Assembly (NCBI GenBank): GCA_015680685.1 | Contig: MNCI01002993.1 | Location: forward strand, 361,621-425,620 | Source of the DNA: Gnetum montanum | Taxonomy: Eukaryota; Plantae; Gnetophyta | Direction: 5' to 3' | Length of the DNA: 64,000 bases | The notes under the pieces: model-generated | What the model was told of the DNA's origin: nothing | Seen by the model: only the letters and a program-made list of their open reading frames with translations | Database searches by the model: none | Shown here: positions 39,386-52,342 of the stretch, one piece after another | How the letters are laid out: the number at the start of each line of letters is the position of its first letter | How positions within the stretch are numbered: the first letter of the stretch is position 1 | Position numbers and translations under genes: made by a program

Positions 39386-41079
39386 AATTCACAAACCAAG
39401 CCTAAGTACCCAACACTATCAATCTAGCCATGTGAACCAGAAACTATGCAACCAAAACCAAAACTGACCAATACAGATTTGGGAGGCTAGGAAAAGCTTT
39501 GAAAAAATTAAAAAAAAAATATTTTCAATTCTAGATTAAGATAACACAATCTAAAAAACCAAAATTGACCATCAACATTGCAAGACAAGGTAGAAAAAAA
39601 TCACAATTGTGCTAGTTTTCAGCCAAAATTTTGACTGAAAACTTGGTTTGTAGTGAATCAACTATAGTAAACACTTTGGGAAAAATTTGTAAACACTTTC
39701 AGAAATTTAAAGCTTCACATAAGACCCTTCTACATGGTTCCAATCATCTCTAGAGATCCAAAATTCCAATAAAAAGTGCCTAAAACCTTGCCAACATTAT
39801 CAGTTTTTCCATTGAAAGCCTATAAAATTTCAACAAAATTCGCTAGAATGTTGAAATCTAGGTTTCTAAAAACCTATAAAAAGTTTAGAAAAAATCCAAA
39901 GAAATATTATTCCATGTCTAGTACAGCCAAAAAATAAAAAACAATAGATCTATGTAATCAAAATTGCAAAATTTCAGCATATACAATCTAGGAAATACAT
40001 AAAAATTAAGCCAAGATTCACCAAGAATAGAGAAAAAATCCTACAAACAAGTTTGGGAAAAAATTTCAAATCTCCCTCAAATTATGTCAAAAAATCCTGT
40101 TCTTGATTTTGATATAATCAATAGGCCTAAATCTTTAATTTGGCATAAATACATTGAAAATTTCAACCTAGGTAACCTTAGAGATGGGAAAACATTTCTA
40201 CTAAACTATGAAAAATCAGAAAAATTGTTTAGGATTTGTTACCTAGTAGATCTTGATGAAGATCCTTATCCCATAGTAAGATCTAGGTGTTTAGAAATGA
40301 TATGAATAACCTTATCTATCTCATTCAAAATAGGATTTCAACTCCTCAACCTGATTTTTCTCACCATGGTTGCTAAAAGCCTCAAACCTTTGCCCTGATT
40401 TTTTTTTCAACCACCACTGCAAATTCTAGGTGCCACAGTTAGGATATTTGAAGGAAAATAGCTTCAACACTAGGGTTTACTATGGGAAATCTACCAATCC
40501 TTAAGTACTCCAAATTTTGACAAGAAAAAGAATTTGAAAAATAAAGAAAACAGTATCAATATTAAGCTTTGGAATATTTAAGAAGATAAGAAGCCTCATA
40601 CATTATGTTTTGGTTGAAAGTTTCTATTTTTAACCTTATAATTTGGGATTTCAAAATCAATGTATAAATCAACACATAGCACATGAAACCTTGGCAATAT
40701 TTTGGTTACATGATCTCCAATGTATTTGGCAAATGTGTGGAGGTTGTGATAAGGAATTTACAATTTTAAGTTCAAGCATAAACCATCCAAAGGATACCAC
40801 CAAACTTGAAGACTTTAACAAGTTCTAGAACATCAAAATTGCACTCAAGGAAGTTTATACTTTGGCAGTTTCATGTTTATACATTGAAATCCTTAGCCAA
40901 AAATATTGGCCCAATGTATGACACCTCAAGAACACACAAATCTTATCAAGAGAACTCATACATTACCATGAAGAACTCTAGAAGCTATAGATCATACCCC
41001 AAACCCTAAGTGTTGAGACAAAGATTTGAAAATACTTAAAGCTTGTCAAAAATCCATAAAAATTTTTCAAACTTAATTC

Positions 41080-42680
41080 AAACATTGGTAATTATGCCAC
41101 ACACATTGGACAAATAGATATGCCAATGTGTGGAGCTAATACGCAAGTTTTAACATGTCCAAATTTGCTTGATAGTGGCTAGGTAGGATCCACAAAACCT
41201 AGAAGGAAAAATTAACTTAGAAATAGACCTTTTAAGCTTTGAAAAATTGTTTTTATTACATATTATGCTAGTAATTAAGCCCCACAAATTGGGCCAATGT
41301 ATATCCCAATGTGTGGCCATCATCAAGCCTTCAAATTGGTTAGTATAGCCTCTAAAACTTTAGACTTCTCTCAAAGACCCTAGACAATATACTAGGAACC
41401 TAAAGAAGTCAAGAACTTGTTAAAAAACCTATAAAAACTGTCAAATTTAATCCACACATTGGCAACATAATATTTACAAATTATACCAATGCATAATCTA
41501 ACATGCAGGCCTAATAAAATCTTCACCATGGTTAAAATAACCTTAAAACTTCATGTTTCCCTCTAGAGCCCTAAGCACTAACATAGGTGACTATAGAGCT
41601 ATAATAATTGAGTTAAAAAACTTTAAAATTGATCAATTTAGACTCCATATGTTGTGGATTAATCCCCACACATTGGACCAATGTATAAGCTAATGTGTGA
41701 ACACCAAAAAAGTCAAAAATTAATTAATAGGATTCCAAAAACTTTAGATTGCCTTCCAAAACCCAATTTGTTGACTAGGAGACTAGAAAGGTTAAAACTA
41801 AGTAAACAAAAATCCATAAAACTTGCAATTTTGATTCAAATATTGAGAATTTAGGCCTCACATATTGGGCCAATGTATATGTGAATGTGTGAACCAAACC
41901 AAACCTCTATCTTTGATCATATAGCCTAAAAGATTGTAGATCTCTTGTCAAAATTGTAGCTACTACCCTAGGAGTCTTAGAGTGCCAAAATCCTATACTA
42001 AAGCACTAAAAATTGGCACCCACATGTCCACACATTAAGGGCACAAGCTCCACACATTGGACCAATGTATAGTCCAAAGTTTAGGCATTGGAAGGACTTT
42101 ACCTTAGGTGTTACAACTTCAAATATTACGAATTTCACCTCCTAGTTCTAGGTGTTGACATGGAAGTTCAACAAGGTTAAACATGTGGTCAAACCATCTC
42201 CAAACCTTGGAAAAAAGGTCTTACATGTTGAGCATTAATCCCCACACATTGGAAAAACGTATAGGCTAATGTGGGGGCATGAAAAAGTGTTCACCTTACC
42301 TAGAATAATTTCAGAATAGCAAATTTCTCCACCAAACCTTGGGCACTATAGTAAGCGACTTGAAGCTTTATTAACTTGGTCAAACTCCTACTTGGATTGG
42401 ATATGTAACTCTTACATGTTGGAAAACAAGCCCCATAGGTTTGGACAATGTTTATACCAACATGTAAGGCCTTTGTCATTAAAATTTAAGTCAAAACAAG
42501 CTCAAACACCAACATATGCCAAAAGCTTGATCCAAAGTGGTCATAAGCTTTCCTAGTAGGTTCCACAAGCCATGAATCCAACCTAAATTGTCTACACATT
42601 GTGAGAATAGCCTATACACACTTGGATTAAGTTTTGGGATGTTCACACATTGAAAGAAACAACTCTACATGTTGAAAATA
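41080..42680. repeat. Degenerate tandem array, ~190 bp period, units with palindromic ccacacattgg..N..ccaatgtgtgg
   Basis: Cores at ~41097, 41280, 41451, 41665, 41856, 42048, 42240 and 42430. Confidence 0.75.
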
Positions 42681-43009
42681 CAACTTTTTAATTTTTTTAA
42701 TTCCTTTTACCCCAAAAAAAAAAAAACACTTTCCCAATAGTTTACTCTTAGTTTCTAGAAGATTTTTCTATTTTCTTTAGGTTTTTATTATTTTGAAAAT
42801 TTATGACCTATTTTCTCTAGCTTTTATATTATTTTGATACTTGTTTTCTCTAGCTCTTTGCTAATTTTGACAATTTGCAACCTATATTCTTGAAGTTTCC
42901 ACTTATTTTGGCTATTTATAATTCACGTTCATTAGATTTTTTATTATATAAATTATCAAAAATAAAAAAATAAAAATAATTACTTATACTATTTCCAAGC
43001 TTGTTCAAC

Positions 43010-43640
43010 CTTATTTGACCTAGCTTGACTACATTTGGTCTCACTTAGTATCATTTGATATCATTTGATGCCATTTGATGTCCATTGATGACAGTTTACA
43101 TCATTTTGACATTTTTGGCTTTGTACAACCTTATTTGACCTCATTTAACATCATTTGATGTCATTTAACATCTTTTGGTATCATTTTGACATCATTTGAT
43201 GTCATTCAACACCATTTTGCACCATTTTAACATCTTTTGATCCTATTTGGATCCTATTTGAAACTATTTTACATAATTTTGGCAACATTTGGTATCATTT
43301 TCCATCATTTGATATCATTCGTTGCTATCTTCCACAATTTTAACTTCATTTGGCCATGTTAAAAACCCTTCAACATCATTACACACTATTTTGACATCAT
43401 TTTTCATCATTTGACATCATTTTTCCCATTGCTATAACTTTATTTGATGTTGATTGATATTATTTTGTACCATTTTGATCCCATTTGATGTCAATTTTCA
43501 TCATTTGACATAATTTTACATCATTTGGCCTTATTTTTATCACATTTTGACAATATTTGATCACATTTGGCCTTTTTTCATCCTCATTTGGCATAACTGG
43601 ATATCAGTTGGTAGCATTTTCTCCAATTCATTATTTTACT
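43010..43640. repeat. Degenerate 10-11 bp minisatellite (gacatcattt-like) just upstream of pol
   Basis: Dozens of catcatttga / cattttgac units. Confidence 0.85.
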
Positions 43641-43949
43641 TGGCCCCATTATACATCATTTTAATTTTTTTGGATATTATTGTGCTCCATGGTGTTTTAT
43701 TAGTATATTATTTCACATTTTTAACATTTTTTTGATAATTATATCACATAGATGCAACTTAATATGATTTTGGTTGATATGTGAGATTAGAACATGGATA
43801 CATGGGAGTAATTTAACCTAACTCTAGACTTGGTTGAATCGTATGGTGACATTGAAGGATCTATTGACCTTGATTACCTAGATATTAAGCTTGTGAACTT
43901 ATTAAACCATATAGCATTGATAGAAAAGTTGCTTGAATGGCTTGAGTAC

Positions 43950-46900
43950 ATGCCTTGAGCTTGGTGACATTACTAAGGATTCTCTTGTTGAGGTTCCCAT
44001 TACAACACAGAACATTGAGAAGAATGTGCTAAAACTAAGTTTCTTACTCAAATCATAGTAGGATCAAGACATCACCAAGGCTCTTTAGGATAATAGTAAT
44101 GGCTTTTCTTGGTCATACGAAGATATGCTTGGACTACACCAATGTTTAGTCCCATATAACATCATACTTAACCCTAGTATCAAACCCATTAAGCAAAAAG
44201 TGCACAAAGTTAGAATAGATTTGGCCTTAGTAGTTTGTGATGAGATCAAGAAACTTTGCCAAGCTAGTTTCATCTGATCTATTAATTATGTTGACTAGGT
44301 GCCCAACATAGTGGTAGTTTCCATGAAAAATGGGAGCATTCGTATATGTATCGATTTCCAAGACCTTAGGAAGGTAATCATTAAAGAAAATTTTCCATTG
44401 CCTAGTATTGATCAACTCATTAATACTAAAATTACCCATACCTTAATTTTCTTCAAGGATGGGTTCTTTGAATACAACCAAGGGAGGATGAAACCAAAGC
44501 ATCAACTCTACATGACCTTCATAACCCCTTGGGAAATCTTTTCTTATTTCATGATGTCATTCAGTCTAAAGAATGCTAGTGCAACCTATCAATGAGCTAT
44601 GACATACATATTCAATGACTACGTATTAGGGTTACTCAATGATTATGTTGATGACATAGCCATGAAATTTGAAGTGATCAATAACCATGCACATGACCTC
44701 AATTTAGTACTCCAATGTTATCTCAAATATGAACTTAGACTCAATCCTAAGAAGTATGTCTTCAACATCAAAACTAGTAAGATGCTTGGTTTCATAGTGT
44801 CTGAGGTTAGGATACATGTCATTCCTGATAAGGTTAAAGCTAGAACCAGTTTGGTAGCACCCACTACCCTTAAGTAACTAAGAGGATTACAAGGGAGATT
44901 GTAGTTTATTCATAGGTTCATCTCAAAACTTATAGATAAGCTACAATCCATGCAACACTTGCTTATGAATGGAGTCCACTATAAGTGGACTAACCAATGG
45001 TCAGAAGCCTTTGAAAACATTAATCAAGAGTTGACCAAACTATTCATTGTGTAGCCATCTCATAAGGGAAAATATTTTTACATCTATCTTGTAATCTCCA
45101 ACATGTCCATAGCCTCTCTACTCTATCAAAAATGAGATGATGGAGTAGATATATCCATTTACTACTTGAGTCATGCATTGATAGCCTATGAGACCAAATA
45201 CATTGAGGTCAAGAAGTATTGTTTAGCCCTAGTCTTCTCCTTAAAGAATTGGAAACACTACCTTCTTAGAAGCCAAGTCAATGTCATACGTAAGGATAAC
45301 ATACTTAAAGCCACAATAATCAATATCTATAAATGTAGCTAAATGGTGCAATGGAAGATCATAAAAATTGATCTTGACCTACATTATAGCTCCCAAGTCT
45401 CAATGAAAGGTCCAGGAATAGCTACATAACTTACAAATTTCCCAATTAAGGATAATGCAACTATCAATCCTAAGTATTCTAATGAGGGTGTCAACATTGT
45501 TGACGGGGTACTTGAAAGATATGATGCCATCATGCACTTTGACATAACTTCAACTACCCATGGGGCTAGTGATGCTGCCATCATAATATTATCCTCTAGT
45601 TTAATCCAACCTTTCACTTATCATTTTCAATTTTAATTTACCAACAATGTAATGGAATATGAAGGGTTAATTAGAGGAATGATGGTAGATCATAAATAAG
45701 GAATCATATATTTAATGATAAAAATCGATTTGTAACTTGTGTTTAACCAAGTAACCAAGATCTACACATATAAAGGCAAACATTTACAACCTTATTGTAA
45801 CCTAGCTAAAAAACGCATGCCACAATTTATAGATATTGGTATCCATCATATTCCCTAAACTGAAAAAACCTTAGTTGATGTCATTGGAACCTTAGCTCTA
45901 AGTGTGATGCCAAATGGGTTAGAAAATTACCTTCCTTGATAGAGGACTATGCTCTTTCCATCACATAGAACATGAAGATACCTTTATAGCCACTATTGAA
46001 AAAGTTCTATAATGGGAGATGTATGACACATTAAGTTCTACCTAATGTATAGTGAATCTTCACAAAACCTAACTACCTCTCAAAAAGATGTTGTATGCAA
46101 AAGATCAAAACAATATGTCATCATAGCCAATAACACACTATATCGAAGGTCCTATGATGACTTATTTTAGTGTTCTTGGATAAAATTAAAGCTTGCACAG
46201 TTCTTAATTAGGTTTACAAGGGCATATGTAGGGGACATATAGGACCTAGAGCCATGGCGATAAAGATTAGATGATTAGGATAATATTGATTCTATATGGA
46301 AATTGACTACCTAGAGAAGGCTAAAACTTGTGATACATGTCAATAGCACAACAACTTAATATGTGTACCACCAATTGAGTTACATACTACTTAGATCATG
46401 TGGCTTTTTCAATGATGGGGAATTGACATTACTATACCTATAATACCTAGCTCTTCTGTAGGACATACCTTCATCATCATTACAACTAAATATTTTACAA
46501 AGTGAGTCAAAGCTATTCCTCCAAGAAAACCAACATCTCAACAAGTTTATAAATTTGTTTTGGACATCATAGTGACATGTTTTGACTTACCTTTAACTAT
46601 AGTTATAGTTAATGGACCATAGTTTAGTAGAAAAAAATGCAAATATTTTATCATTAATTAAGCATAAAACATTCCTTTTCATCATTGTACTATCCATAAT
46701 TCAATGAAAAATCTGAAGCTAGCAACAAAGTTATCATAAATCTTCTAAAAAAGATGTTAAACAATAGCAGATGAAAGTGGCATGAACAACTCATATATGC
46801 ACTTTGGGCCTATAGGATAATATTTATAATTATAACTAATACCACCATGTATAGCCTAATTTATGAAACTTAACTATTTTGGCTCTTAAATTATAGGTTC

Positions 46901-47235
46901 CATCCTGATGGGTAGCTCTATCTATCTTTATCAATGATGAGAAGAATAAGGAGCTACGTATCATTGACCTCAATTTAGTGGAGGAGTAGCAAATAAAAAT
47001 TCTCATTCACATTGAATGCTATCAAGAGAGGCAGAAAAAACATCATCATCATGATTTTAATAGATGAAAATTCAAGGATGAAGACCTTGTCCTTAAGGTC
47101 ATTTGTGAACATGTGGATAAGTTCTTGGCCAATTGGGAAGGATCTTTCTTGGTCACCAAAGCTTATGAAAATAGAGCATTCAAGCTAGTGAACATGGATG
47201 AAAATGAGTTGACCAATATGGTTAACCATTCCTCT
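43950..47235 (+). pseudogene. Tat-type pol: RT - RNase H - archaeal-type RNase H - integrase
   Basis: FSWSYEDMLG, IRICIDFQDL, MSFSLKNASATYQ, YVDDI, LNPKKYVF (RT); IYYLSHAL..ETKY (RH); MHFD..TNNVMEYEGLIRG (aRH); GICRGH..CDTCQ, WGID, SEASNK, ALWAYR, WEGSF (INT). Many stops. Confidence 0.93.
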
Positions 47236-48470
47236 CTCAAACTATATTATATTTAATGCTAACCTATTTTCCTATAGCCTTTGTTTTCCTTTATTTGTAG
47301 GAATGAGTGAATGATCAACATTAACAATGTTTATAGCCTATAAAAAGTAATCCTATGTGACCTATTATCTATTTTTGGCATCTTAAAGAATTGAAAACTT
47401 TGTACAAGTTTGTGAAACAAGATATAGATTTGTCATGTTTTATAGGTTATAACCAGTAGTGGCCTATATCTATTTGTTACCTCATGTTGTCTTATGTAAT
47501 CTCTTGTAATCACATGTTTTCTTGTTCTCTTAGAGTTGTACCTACAGGATGAAGCCTAAAGTCATCATAAAGATGCAACTAATCATATTAGTGAGTTACC
47601 ACATGACCTCAATGCATGAGATTTGATTAGCTTATCCAAATATAGTGATTACCTCACATCACTTCCATTACACATCTTGAACCATATCCACATAGCCAAA
47701 GTATAGCCTTCCTTACCTTGCTAACAATGAAAATCTACGTTTGAAAATTGTGCACCATGGCCCTATGAGATCATCTTCAACATGCCCCATGATCAAGTTT
47801 TTTGGAGGTAACACATCTTTTTTAGTGGGAAAACACAATAAAATTTGGCCTTAGTAGTGAAAGCCAATGAAGGTCTCACTGCTTAAAAAAAGAAAAAAAA
47901 TGAAAATAAAATTAGCAAGAAAGATAAGAGGCCAAGGTAAATTGAAGCTAATCAAATCAGTGGTTCTAAAACAAAGGAGTCCAATAATGGACTAATGGTT
48001 CCTCTTAGACACCATCCTGTAACTAGTAGTTCAAGAAAGAATCATGAAGACTCCTTTCAGCCAATACGTGCGTCACCACCATAACATAACCATAATTTCA
48101 ACATTTGGAATTTATTATTAGCCTATGTGACCATTTCCTAATAATCAATATAGCCTTTATCTCATCTCAAATTCATAACATTCCATTGTAATCTTATTTT
48201 ACCATTGTGAACACTTGTTGGAATGGTTTGATAACTATGAAATCAAATGTAGAGAGGAAGCATTGGTGATGAACCCATGGTGATGATTTGAATTATTTGT
48301 TAATTTCTCTTGCATTAGTCTTCCAAACATCAATAAATATGGCTAATGAAATACCTCAAGGAAAATTTATATTATGCATAACAAACCTAATAGCCTAAAA
48401 TTTGCATGGTAATTTAATGGGAATTCAAAGGTAGAAATAATGACATATTTTCACAACAAAAATCCTACCT

Positions 48471-49444
48471 TGTAACCTTATTTTGATATAGTTTTGGATA
48501 TTTCTTCATGTGTGGAATGAAATTTATAGTTCACAAGTTGTAAATTTCATTTAAGCTAATGTGCGAAGGCTCAAAATATAAATGTGTTGCAAAAAGCCAA
48601 AAACATTGGTGGCATACATGTTGAAGTTTGGACCATGAAAATAGCTCAAATGTGCCATAAAATTTGGATAGAAAATATTCATACATTGTTGGTCCATATG
48701 CTACACTTTTTGGGTGGAGAAAATGACAAATATGTTGGTATTTCAGCCCATGAAAGTAAAAAGACATTAGTGTATCATATGCTATAGATTTTGGCCATAA
48801 AAAGTATGTTAGAAAATTTGCATAGAATGTTAGAAATTAAGTAGAATTAAATCAATGAAGAATAAACATATTCACAATCTATTAAAGTAAAAGTTTGCAT
48901 TATTTTAGGAACTTTTGAGTCATTTTTCTTTTAGCCAAACTAGAGACTTTTAGAGTAGAGAAAAATTATAAAGTCCATAGTCATTTCCAATCATTACAAA
49001 TCACCTGAGTAGAGAGAAATAATGATAAGTAAATTTTAAGAGCATATTTTTGCAAATATTGTATTAAAACACACCTTGGAATCTACATTGGCACTTAAAT
49101 ATATTCTTATATTTCTTGAGTTTCCAAAGTCCATAATCTATATTTTCTGAATATTTTCTTTCAACATTTTCTTTCATAGTGATTAATATCAAAGTTTGCA
49201 ATTTCAGTTTGTTTTGCTATATTTTATGTATTTTTCCATTCTTATTTTTTGTACTGAACTTTGAAATTAAAATGTTTTCTTGTACTTATTTTCATCACTC
49301 AATAATAAACATTCAAGTCCTCAAATGATTAGCAAGATCATTTGAAGTGCTCTTGATCCTTTTTCAAGGCCTATGGATTTGAGGTTAGACTATTATGTGT
49401 TGCAGATTTTTAGTTTTTCGAACATTGAATTTTTAGTCATTACA
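48471..49444 (+). repeat. Probable 3' LTR of element 2
   Basis: tgtaacc...tttttagtcattaca. Its 3' part resembles the element 1 LTR end (ttgaggtttttagtcaca). No clear adjacent PPT. Confidence 0.55.
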
Positions 49445-50802
49445 ACTTGCCTCTATGAAAATGTAGATCTTTGTTTATTTGCAATTTCTTCAAATCATAT
49501 TTGATAGTATTTTTCATTTCTTCTTTGATCTTCCTTTCGATGTCTTTCCTAGAATATTGATGTAGAAACCTTTTTTATAGGCTTTTTTTTTTATCTTCTT
49601 TGGATATGTTCAAACCATACAAATTTTTATTCATGTATCTTATTTAAAATAGAAGCCACTTCAAGTCTTTCTCTAATGCTTGTATTATGTAGTTTATTTC
49701 TTCTAGTAAAATTTAAGATCCATTGAAGCATATGCATTTTTTCCATACTAATATCTTGTTCATGTCTCTTTTGCCCTACCTAATATTTAGCATTATATAA
49801 GATAGTAGGATTGACTTCTATCCTATAAAATTTCTTCTTTAATTTTTTCTTTTATTCTTTATCACATAGAACACCACTATCATATCTCCATTTTGACCAT
49901 GCTACCTCAATTCTATTTCTTACATCTTTATCAATTTCACCATTTGATTGGAGAATTGCTTCTACATAGCATAACTATTTGTAAGAAGAAAATTTTTAGC
50001 CTTGAATTATCACTTCTATTTTATCACTATTTATGTTGTTATTAAAACTACATTCCATATATTATGTCTTACTTCTGTTAATTCTTAAGCGTTTTGATTT
50101 TAAAGCATGTCTTCAATTCTCCATTTTATAAACAATATTTTCTCAAGTTGTATCAACCAACATAATATCATTTGCAAAAAGCATACACCAAGGGATTTCA
50201 TCTTGTATTTCCTTTATTAATTCATCTATAATAATTTTAAATAAGCATGGGCTAACTATTAATCCTTAATGTAGATCTACTATGATTGGAAAATCAAATA
50301 TTATAACACAACTTGTTTTAATTTTAGTGGTAGCTCCTTCATACATTTATTGAATTACTTTAATATTTATCAAATATAATTTTTCTCTATAAGATCCATC
50401 AAATAATTTCTCTAGGCACTCTATCATATGCTCTTTTCAAGCAACTGAAGATCATATGTAGATTTTTTCCATGTTTTCTAAATTTTTACATCAATTCTCA
50501 TATTCAAAAATAGTTTCTATAGTAGATCTTCCTAGCATAAATCCAAACTATTTTTCTAATACTATTGATTCAATTCTGAGATGTTGCTCTATGACTTTCT
50601 CCCCAAATATTTATAGTATGGCTCATTAGTTTGTCCCTCGATATTTTGTATAATTTTGTACATTTTCTTTATTTTTGTAGATGGGAATAACAATGTTTTT
50701 TTTTTCAAATTTTTGTGAATTTTTCCATCCATCAAAAGTTTCTAAATAATTATATCAATCAACAAACTCCTATCTCTTCCAATAATTTCCAAGCTTCGAG
50801 AT
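49445..50802 (-). mobile_element. RTE-clade LINE reverse transcriptase fragment
   Basis: Minus strand [17 protein letters not shown] (RTE signature [10 protein letters not shown]), FGFMLGRSTIE and KRAYDRVPR. Confidence 0.9.
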
Positions 50803-51668
50803 TGATGAGCGGTGAGGTACCCGTACGTCCAACCATACAAATATGAGCATTCACGCACAATCTGGTTGAACTTTGAGGATTAAGTGCTTATGCGCCCATA
50901 TAGAACAAAGATGAGTTATGCAATCATTGTGTTCCCAAGCTTACTTGTAAGGCACAATTGTATGGTTAAGTAAACTCGAGGTATATGATTTTTATGTTTT
51001 TTCTTATGTTTTCTATCTTAGTCTCCTAAGTGTGTGCAATGAAAATATTTAATAAACTAATGGGTTTTGTAACTCTAATGTGAATCAAATCCTAACAGCA
51101 ACATCCATTCCCACTCTCCGGATACATCCTGAACCAGTGTAACACTACTGGGATTACCAAATGCTAGTCGTTACTAGGTTACCAAGTGTTCCATGGATGC
51201 TCGGAGTGGTCATGCTAAGTGTACTAATTATATAATAATTAATGGTTCTATAGAAATAACATTTATTAACTAATGAAAGCATCAAATAATAGTAAATAAC
51301 ATTAAATGCTATAATTAAGATATTCTGAATGTTGCAAGGTTTATCACAAAGTTCACCATTATTTCTAGACACAAGGTGTGCTTAGGTACACAATGCTTGA
51401 ATAAAGATCTATTCACTTTATGACTCCTATTATAGGCACTCAAAAATAATTCTAACTCTGGAATGAAAAAGGTACAAGAGTTTAGCTAAAGCATTGAAAA
51501 ACTACTTCCCCAAACCAAGTGCCTCTATCTCTTATTTATAGCCAATGGGACAAGCTCTAACATCACGTGTCCAATATCACTTGGCCCATCTGATATCGTA
51601 TATTTGATCTTGAGGGTCCAATATCAAGGGTTTGATATCGTGGGTCTAATATCAGGTTGCTTATTTGG
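50803..51668 (-). repeat. 3' LTR of the Athila-like element
   Basis: Termini tgatgag...ctcatca. Adjacent tacccccatgactga is the minus-strand PPT. Confidence 0.88.
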
Positions 51669-51669
51669 T

Positions 51670-52342
51670 GACTCATCATACCCCCATGACTGAATGAAAA
51701 CTTGTCCTTGAGATCCTTACAAAATACTAGCAAAGTATGGAATTATTAATTGAATGACATTGATGGTGACATGGAAAGTGCCTAGTGAATAGATCAACAA
51801 CTGTATTATAGCATTAGTGTTCATAACCATTGTGGTGAACATTGTACATAGATGACAACCAGACCCTCATTTGATAGCTTGAAGAGAGAGAGAAAAGAAA
51901 ATGAGGCACATTGCTACCAATGTTAAAAATGTGCACACCACTGTTTGTCCATGGCCACCTGACTATTCTTTTCATTAATGCTCCAACTCTAGTCCATCCT
52001 GAGTGCTTCCTCCTATCTCAGTCCAATGTTCATGTGATTGTTATCTACACACACAACATGATCATGAATTAGCAAGGATAGATAAGATATAATGTAGTTG
52101 ATACCTTGCCTTGATATGAAGCACATTGGCTTGGTTGTGGGTATTGAAGATACTGGGTTAGAGGTTTGTAAGTGATAACTACCCAAGGTGTAGGGGTGGG
52201 GTAAGTAATGGAATGGAAAAATTTGCAACAAGACCCCATGACTAAGAGTGAACCTTTGATAGCAATAGGATGGAAAATGAAAGAAAAAGGAAGGTAAGAG
52301 GAATAACAATGGTAAAGCTAATAAATAGAAAATGGATTTCAT
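51670..52342 (-). pseudogene. Extra ORF in the env-like position, with signal-peptide-like N terminus
   Basis: ORF 52013-52342 starts MKSIFYLLALPLLFLLPSFFF. The frame appears to continue past stops toward the PPT. Confidence 0.45.

Larger units (their letters stand above)
21660..40367 (-). pseudogene. Spliced antisense accessory gene of element 2, homolog of 2467-7640, split by two TE insertions
   Basis: Candidate ATG at 40367. Minus-strand GT donors at ~40242, 38219, 25511, 23297, 23006, 22787 and 21855, with a long first intron as in element 1. Peptides: IWFRLGSREFLAYLLYNYSVIM, IFGIAYNGAKVFTRVRKD..ETYPLFYAREFFLLLS, KPLVEALEKLEFMKGLMNDMVDKLQQI. Confidence 0.7.
21120..49444 (+). mobile_element. 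Tat/Ogre-like gypsy element 2, 5'-truncated (no gag or 5' LTR), with nested insertions
   Basis: Contains an antisense multi-exon gene, ~190 bp array, minisatellite, RT-RH-aRH-INT and an LTR related to element 1. Interrupted by a solo LTR (24117-25131) and a copia element (25683-38015). Confidence 0.75.

Noticed and set aside
43010-43640. CRISPR-like repeat array
   Set aside because: Degenerate 10-11 bp minisatellite with no constant repeat or unique spacers, no cas genes, and a eukaryotic context.
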